DNA of 63,563 bases, counting the filler, from Reclinomonas americana ATCC 50394 (taxonomy: Eukaryota): NCBI GenBank assembly GCA_048213135.1. It is 17 parts of 17 records of this genome, joined end to end, with 100 filler letters (N's around TTAATTAATTAA, not from the genome) between each part and the next. Parts side by side here need not be neighbours in the genome. Positions count along the whole stretch, not along the records: positions 54,832 to 57,392 come from AFZH01018761.1; positions 57,493 to 58,567 come from AFZH01018762.1; positions 58,668 to 62,033 come from AFZH01018763.1; positions 62,134 to 63,563 come from AFZH01018766.1; 13 more parts are not named here. One strand, 5' to 3'. A program made the translations under genes and the position numbers. Below, piece by piece: positions 56,759-63,563 of the stretch (positions within the stretch are counted from its first letter, which is position 1; each line of letters starts with the position of its first letter). The notes beneath the pieces were generated by a model, which had not been told where the DNA came from, did no database searches, and worked only from the letters and a program-made list of their open reading frames with translations.

Positions 56759-59672
56759 ATGAGCGCACCTCGTTGCCTCCCCGTGCTGCGCGCTCTTCTC
56801 TTCACACTCGCACTTTCACTGGTGCTGCTGATGGCAACGGCCAGCACCCACGCACGTGCTCATGGTGAGGGGACGAGAGGATCTCCCACTTTGTACTCTG
56901 CGCTCATTCTCTCTTGTCTCTTGTCTTGCCTTCGTTTCTCTCTTTCTTCTCTTCTCTTTCTCCTCTCATCTCTCTTTTGCTTCACGTCTCTTCTGTTCAC
57001 TCCTCTCTCATCTCATTTCATCACTTCTCTCTTCTCATCTCTCCTCTCCTCTCCACTCTTCTCTCCTCTCCTCATCTTTCCTCTCCTCTCCTCATCTTTC
57101 CTCTCCTCTCCTCTCCTCTTGCCTCTCCCCTCCTCTTCCTCTTCACTTTCCTCCCTCCTTCTCCTCCTATTCTTCTTCTCCTCCCCTTCTCTCCTCTGTT
57201 TGCCCTCTACTCTCCTCTCTTCTCCTCTCCTCTCCTCCTTCTCCCTTTCCCTCTCGTCCCCTTCTCCTCAGCTCTTCTCCCTTTACTATCCTCTCCTCTC
57301 CTCTCCTCTCCTCTCCTCTCCTCTCCTCTCCTCTTCACTTTCCTCCCTCCTTCTCCTCCTATTCTTCTTCTCCTCCCCTTCTCTCCTCTGTTNNNNNNNN
57401 NNNNNNNNNNNNNNNNNNNNNNNNNNNNNNNNNNNNTTAATTAATTAANNNNNNNNNNNNNNNNNNNNNNNNNNNNNNNNNNNNNNNNNNNNCTACAACC
57501 AACAGCTCGCCTTCGCCTCGGCGGAAAAGTCCGCCAGTGTCATTGCACAAGAGACCGCCGTGACCATTGTCGAAACGATTCCACTCTTCAACGAGTGGAT
57601 GACGGCGAATGGAGTGGCGGCGGTGGAGACGGGTCGGTACTTGCGAACGTCGGTGTCGCTGGGCGACTTGGTGTTCCAGGCGGGCACGGCGGCGTGTCTG
57701 TTGCAATGTCGGTCGACGAGTGTGAATGATTTGGATGCGTGGTGAGTGGAGGGGGAAAAGGGAGGGGAGAAGGGAGGGAGAGAGAAGGAGAGATCGATGA
57801 GCAGATGAATAGGAAAGAGGAGAGAGTGCTTGCATGAGTGGATGAAGAAAAGCGCGACAAGCAGGCAGAGAAAGAAATGAAGCTGACACGCAGAGAACAG
57901 TGTATGGGAGGGGAAGGAAAAGAAGGAGAAGAAGGGTGTGCGAGAGAGATATAAGCAGAGAGAGAGGGCAGAGACAAGACAGCGCAGTCCGTTTACGAAA
58001 AACGAAGAAGGAATAGCTGTGAGCCACATAAAGAAACAAGAAGAAGCACCCACAATCAAGAAGTGAAGAGGCAGCAAATGAGCGAAAGAACCTGAACAGA
58101 GTAACACGAGAAGAAGCACTCTGTGCAGACAACGAGACTCAGCCACGAACGAAAGAGATCTCCATTCTCCGTCAGATGATGCAGAGAGAAGCACGAGGAA
58201 GAGCACGACGACAAACAGAGAAACAAGAGAAGAAACACTCTCTGCAAGAACCGAGACTACGTCAGAGTTTCTGCATCCTGTGTGACGCAAAGAGAAACAT
58301 GAAGAAGAGCAAGATGTGAAGAGATGAGTAGCGCGAGGAGAAGCACTCTTTTGAGGCATCGAGACCCAGTCATGAACAAGAGAGACCTGCAGACTCTCAA
58401 GGCACATCAAGACACAGACAGTCACTGACTGCAAGGACTGGCAGGAGACAGAAAACATCTCACCGCTGCTTCCCTTTATCCCCCCTTCCCCTTTTCTTCC
58501 CCTTTTCTTCCCCTTTCTTCCCCTTTTCTTCCCTCTCTTCGCCCCTCCCACAGGGTCATCCCCGGCCNNNNNNNNNNNNNNNNNNNNNNNNNNNNNNNNN
58601 NNNNNNNNNNNTTAATTAATTAANNNNNNNNNNNNNNNNNNNNNNNNNNNNNNNNNNNNNNNNNNNNACTTCTTGTCTTCTTCTCTCTCCTCCTCTCTCC
58701 TCTCTCTCTCTCTCTCTCTCGCTTTTTTCTGCACGCAGGCTGGCCTTTTGCTATTTCCCTTCTCACTCCCACTGTTCACACTTTGCCGTATGCATGTCAA
58801 ATTCCTCAACCCCTTGCCCTTCCTTCTTTCTCTCCCTCTCTCTCCCGTCTGTAGCTTCACTTCGCCATCTCCTTGTATCTCTTTCCTATCCCACGCCACC
58901 ACTCCTCGTCACCTCCTTTTTTCCCTCTCTCTTTCTCTCGTTTGTCCTCTCAATCCAATCCTATTCTCTTCTCTTGCCCCACTCCCAGCTGCAGTCTTTC
59001 TTCCTTTACTGTGTCCGTTTCTTTCGCCAATCCCACACTTTCTTTTCTCGCCCCGCCAAGTCACCACTATTTCTCTCGCTCTCTCCTCGCGTGTCCTCAT
59101 TTCTTTTCTCTTGCCCGACTCCCAAAGTAGTCCCTGTCGCGGACAAAGCTGCTCACTTGTCTTTGTTCTTTCAGTTCTCTTTGCTTTTCTCCTTCTTGTC
59201 GCTCGCCTTTTTCCCACCCTTCTTCACCCTTTTCCCGTTTCCCTTCGACCATCGCCTTCCCTTCTCCTCACTCTCTCCCGTTCCCCATATTGCCCCTTTT
59301 CCCTCACCCCCTTTTCCCTTACCCCCTTCGCCTTTCCAGAGCACCAAAACGCCCAACTCCGAGAAAATCTGCACGGGCAACTGGGCGGAGATCGCCGAGT
59401 TCGTGCGCACCAACGAGGCCATCGTCATCGCCGCCGTCAAGAGCACCCACAAGCCCGCACAAGAAATCGACTTTGGCTCTGGCGAGTTGAAGCTGGCCGT
59501 CGGCGACAACGCCGAGAAGCAAGCCATTCGACTCACCGACAATGCCGGTGCCCCGTGGACGTGGGCCAAGCGGTGGCCGGAGACCGCGGTCGTCAGTGGC
59601 AGCAGCGGTAGTGACGGCACCACCATGCAGCTGCTGTCGTTTGCCATGCTGGAGTTCGAGGAGGAGGAGTAA
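56759..59672 (+). CDS. Orphan secreted protein (fragmented by two gaps)
   Basis: Signal peptide MSAPRCLPVLRALLFTLALSLVLLMATASTHA; coding-like exons at about 57493-57741, 58553-58567 and 59340-59672 ending FEEEE*. Family not recognised; the join is inferred. Confidence 0.5.
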
Positions 59673-59809
59673 TAAGTGTTGCCGTTGTTTCTTTACATTC
59701 TTGGCACTTGCCAGTGTACTTCACAGAAGCTGCAAGTGTCGTCGGAAACAGTTCATTCTCCGCAAGAGGAGTTGTCTTGATGATCGATCGAGTCATGTTG
59801 CAAACAGAT

Positions 59810-60012
59810 CTGCAACAACAACAACAACAACAACAACAACAGTATCTTCATCAATCCAAACAACAACACCTGTATCACCTTGTATCGGAGACAGCTCGAG
59901 CGCTCTCTCTCTGCAACAGAACGAGTCGACGTCGCGACCTGTCACACACAGATAAACAACAACAACAGCAGCAGCAGCAGCAGCAGCAATAGCAATAGCA
60001 ATAGCAACAGCA
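59810..60012. repeat. (CAA)n/(CAG)n/(CAATAG)n microsatellites
   Basis: Directly visible. Confidence 0.85.
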
Positions 60013-60450
60013 ACGCAGCTGCCTGCCACCATCTAAAGTGAGCACCAGCAACTCAGTTCTGCAGACGTCGAGCGAAATCGATGCCGGCGTTAACGATTCT
60101 GTGCTGTTTGCGTCAATGTTCTCGCACTTGCTTGCTTCTATTATCTTTCCCTCCCTCCGCCCTCCTCAGTACGCGCACCAATCTCCACCAGCAGCCATCG
60201 ACGTCGACGTCGACGTCGCGATCGACGTCTGTATTCGAATTCTCAAAAACAGGGCTTCAGGAGCCACTCCGGCCGGCCCGCTCAGTCCACCAAAGCTTCC
60301 TCCTACACCAAGCAACTGAGTAGTGGGCACCGGGCACCATCCACACTGCAGCATACGCATATGGCAAAGACATCCTCTCCTCCGAGCGAGCACCGATTGC
60401 CGTCCGTCCGCTCCCATCGTCTTCCTTCTTGTTGTTGTCATTGTGAGCCA

Positions 60451-60512
60451 ATGTTCCTCGTTGAACGCTCTGCACACCTCCTTCGCCCTGTGAGCCGTGG
60501 TGCGCGAACTCA

Positions 60513-60549
<37 letters not shown>

Positions 60550-61311
60550 AAACTCTAATCTGACAACACAAATCGGTGGACACAGCGCTCGGCGTGCGAC
60601 CCATCATGCACATGACACGCGCACTCTTCAGCAGTGACGCCACGTCATCGGAGAAGCCCTCCACTCCGACCACACCGAGTACAGCCGCGGAAAAGGTCAT
60701 CTTGCAAGCTGTCCGCGACTCAGTGGCCGCCGGACAGAGCCCGTGGAAATGGTGAGCAACGAAAGCAGCGGCCGCTCACCACAGTGGACGATGACTGCTC
60801 ACAACGACGCGCAGGAAGAGCTTCCTTCCCGAGCACACGTATCCTGCCTTGGAGCACGCAAAGACTGTGGATCTGTCGCTGCATCACCCGACGCGCACGT
60901 TTGGCGATCGTGTGGCGTACTGGGTGGTCAAGGCGATGCGCGTGCCCACGGATATGTTCTTTAAGCGCCGATATGGTCACCGGTGAGTGTCACAGGAATT
61001 AATAGGGACTACTACAGCTATATACTGACGACTCCAATTGCCAGTGCATGCATGCTGGAGACGGTGGCGGCTGTGCCGGGAATGGTGGGCGGTATGCTTC
61101 TGCACTTCCGCTCGCTGCGTCGCTTTGAGGAGTCTCGCGGGTGGATTCGAGCGTTGCTTGATGAGGCGGAGAAGTTGCGACTTGTGCCGGCAGCTGTAGT
61201 GGTTGTGCTTTGTTTCCTCATCATCGACGCAGTGAGCGCATGCATCTGGAGGTGTTTATGGCGTACTCGAAGCCGGGTCTGTTTGAGCGCTTCTTGGTCA
61301 TGGCCACTCAG
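60451..61311 (+). CDS. AOX: Mitochondrial alternative oxidase (first 5 exons; 3' end in gap)
   Basis: Presequence; [46 protein letters not shown]...[17 protein letters not shown]. Confidence 0.96.
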
Positions 61312-62133
61312 GTTCGCTTGTGCTCAACTCGGGCGTGGATCCCATATCTGCTCTTCTCTTTCGTCGTCCTCTATTGCGCGTTTCCCTCTCTTGCTCTCTC
61401 TCTCTCTTTCTGTCTCTCTTTCTGTCTCTCTTTCTGTCTCTCTCTCTTTCTCGCTCTCTTTCTTTCTTTCTGCTTCTCTCTTTCTAACTCTTTTCTGTTT
61501 CTCTCTTCTGTCTCTGTCTCTCTCTTGCAGGTTCTCTTTCTGTCTCTTTCTCTCTCTCCTTCTCTGTCTCTTGTTCTCTCTCCTTCCCTGTCTCTTGTTC
61601 TCTCTTTATCTCTCTCCCTCTTGCTGTCTCGCTTTCTCTCTCTATCTCTCTCTTTCTGTCTCTGTCTCTCTCTCTTTCTCACCCTCTTGCTGTCTCTTTT
61701 TGTCTCTTTCTCTCTCTATTTCTGTCTCTGTCCCTCCTCTCCTCTCTCTCGCTCCCTCTTTGTCGGTCTCTCTTTGATTCTATCACTCTCTTGCTGTCTG
61801 TCTGTCTCTCTTTGTTTCTGTCTCCCTGTATCTCTTTCTCACTCTCTCTTTCTACTTTCTTGCTATTCTTTCCGTCTCTCCTTCTGTGTGTGTCTCTCTC
61901 TCTCTCTCTTTCTCACTCTCTTTCTGTCTTTTTCCGTCTCTCTCGCACTCTCTTTGTTCTGTCTCACTTTGTTTCTGCCTGTCAGTTTCTTTCTCACTCC
62001 CTCTCCCTCTCCCTCTCCCTCTCCCTCTCCCTCNNNNNNNNNNNNNNNNNNNNNNNNNNNNNNNNNNNNNNNNNNNNTTAATTAATTAANNNNNNNNNNN
62101 NNNNNNNNNNNNNNNNNNNNNNNNNNNNNNNNN

Positions 62134-62392
62134 GTGTTGGACGGTTGGGGGGGACACACTGGATGGGTATACTCTGTCGTCGTTACTCCCGATGGCCAGC
62201 ACATCGTGGAGTGCGGATAAAACGATCCGTGTGTGGTCCACGCCGCGTGGGCTGGCGTGGCAAGAGCTTACGGCCGCACGATCAGCCGTGCTGGCCGTCA
62301 ACGAGCTGCTTGCCGAAGAAGATGGCTGTGACTGGATCCTGGTCGACGTCGTGCTGCGGTGTTTTGTGCTGGAGGATGCAGAGATGATTTAA
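62134..62392 (+). pseudogene. 3' end of a WD40 gene with an apparent frameshift (pseudogene or sequencing error)
   Basis: GHTGWVYSVVVTPDGQHIV in one frame continues as SADKTIRVW in another, with the shift at about 62208. Confidence 0.65.
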
Positions 62393-63364
62393 CGCCGTGC
62401 GCCTGGATGGTGCTGGACGGAGTGAGCTCAATGAGTACACGATGACTGATGGCTGTCACTGCGCGACTCTGCTATGTTGACTGCCACACCGCCTCACACG
62501 TGCTTCTCCACTGCCTTGCCAAGCGCAGGCAGCCGGAAAGCAAATACAGCACATTGCAGTGCAGTGGGAGTGCAAGAAGAGAATGCCGAGTGCGAGGTGT
62601 GTGTGTGTGTGGTTGAGATGAGACCGTGGAATGAACAGACACACGCGTGCTACTCGGCGTTGAGTGAGTCCTCGCTCACCCACACAAACACACGCCTTGT
62701 GCTTGTGCCCTCATCGCCTTGTCATTCGAACGCAGTGGAGATGCCAGCCTGTCGCTTTTTGAAGTGGCGTCATTGCCCGCCTCCCCCTCTCACACTGGCA
62801 CCGCATGAACATGGAGAGTGCATCAATCATGGATTCAGACGGCCACTCTTCTCGTTACACACGCCACGGGGAGAGAGAGTGCACTTGCCCTGCGCACTCG
62901 TTTCCCGCGCGTGCGTGTGTACCCTGACAACTGGTTTGTCGCACACCACTCTCGAACTGCGCTGCTTCTTCGCTCTCTTTCTGAATCGCGTGGTGTTGGC
63001 ATCCACCCGACTCACGTGCGTGGCTCAGAGGGAGTTGACGCTCATGGCGTGTCGAGTTGGAACAGGCTCGGCATGCATGCACATTCAATGCCACAACATC
63101 TCACTCACATCGCACTTTGAGAAGGGAGCTCCACGATGAGAACGCGGAGAGACACAGGGCACAGAGACACAAACAGCACCGCGAGGCGCGCACACACACG
63201 CGAGAGAGAAAGAGGATGTTGATGTTCTGTCGGATGAATCAGAGTTGGTGCTTCTTATCTATTCACACACACACACACACACACGCACGCACGCACGCCC
63301 GCACGCACGCACTCTCTCTCTCTCTCTCGCTCTCTCTCTCTCACACACACACACCACACGGAGA

Positions 63365-63563
63365 ATGGCAACAAAGGTGTGAATGTGTGCGCACTTTGCG
63401 TGGTTGGTGTCTGCGCGTGCATTCGTGTGCTAGTGCATGTGTGCAGTTGTTGTTTGTGTTGTTATGCTTGTCTTTGATTGCTGCTGCGTGCGTCTCACTG
63501 CGAGTGGCACAGATCATTCAGAGTCCCGCTTCGGTGCGGTCCGTCACCGTCACTCCCGACGGC
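63365..63563 (+). CDS. Start of another WD40-like gene, runs off the right edge
   Basis: ATG GCA ACA AAG|intron 63377-63512|IIQSPASVRSVTVTPDG, the same VxSVxVTPDG repeat type as at 62134. Confidence 0.55.

Overview
Intron-dense nuclear DNA from an unidentified, probably flagellated protist (it carries a full STIL orthologue). It is a scaffold with 16 artificial N-TTAATTAATTAA-N gap linkers. Several genes (BOLA3, DOPA-dioxygenase-like, NLR-like) read through the gaps in order, so the contigs appear to be correctly ordered. The ORF track is largely uninformative because introns are filled with GA/CT/CA microsatellites; all gene models below were spliced by hand and no database search was run. 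Genes: ATG11/RB1CC1, a large secreted H-lectin-like/EGF/Asp-box protein, cryptochrome-DASH, a tail-anchored FAD oxidoreductase, PSAT1, a HEPN-NB-ARC-TPR NLR-like receptor, WD40 proteins, BOLA3, a secreted DOPA-4,5-dioxygenase-like protein with an agatoxin-type knottin tail, STIL, a three-copy ankyrin/coiled-coil/Pelle-like kinase array, an orphan secreted protein and alternative oxidase. Most striking signals: (1) about 15 of roughly 80 modelled introns use a +1-shifted 5' splice site, non-G|GTTGCGT, a class that is very rare in humans; (2) a dispersed, 5'-truncated retroelement-like repeat whose restriction-like endonuclease ORF is interrupted by two spliceosomal introns; (3) an NLR-like receptor with an intact HEPN RNase motif and hypervariable TPR repeats.
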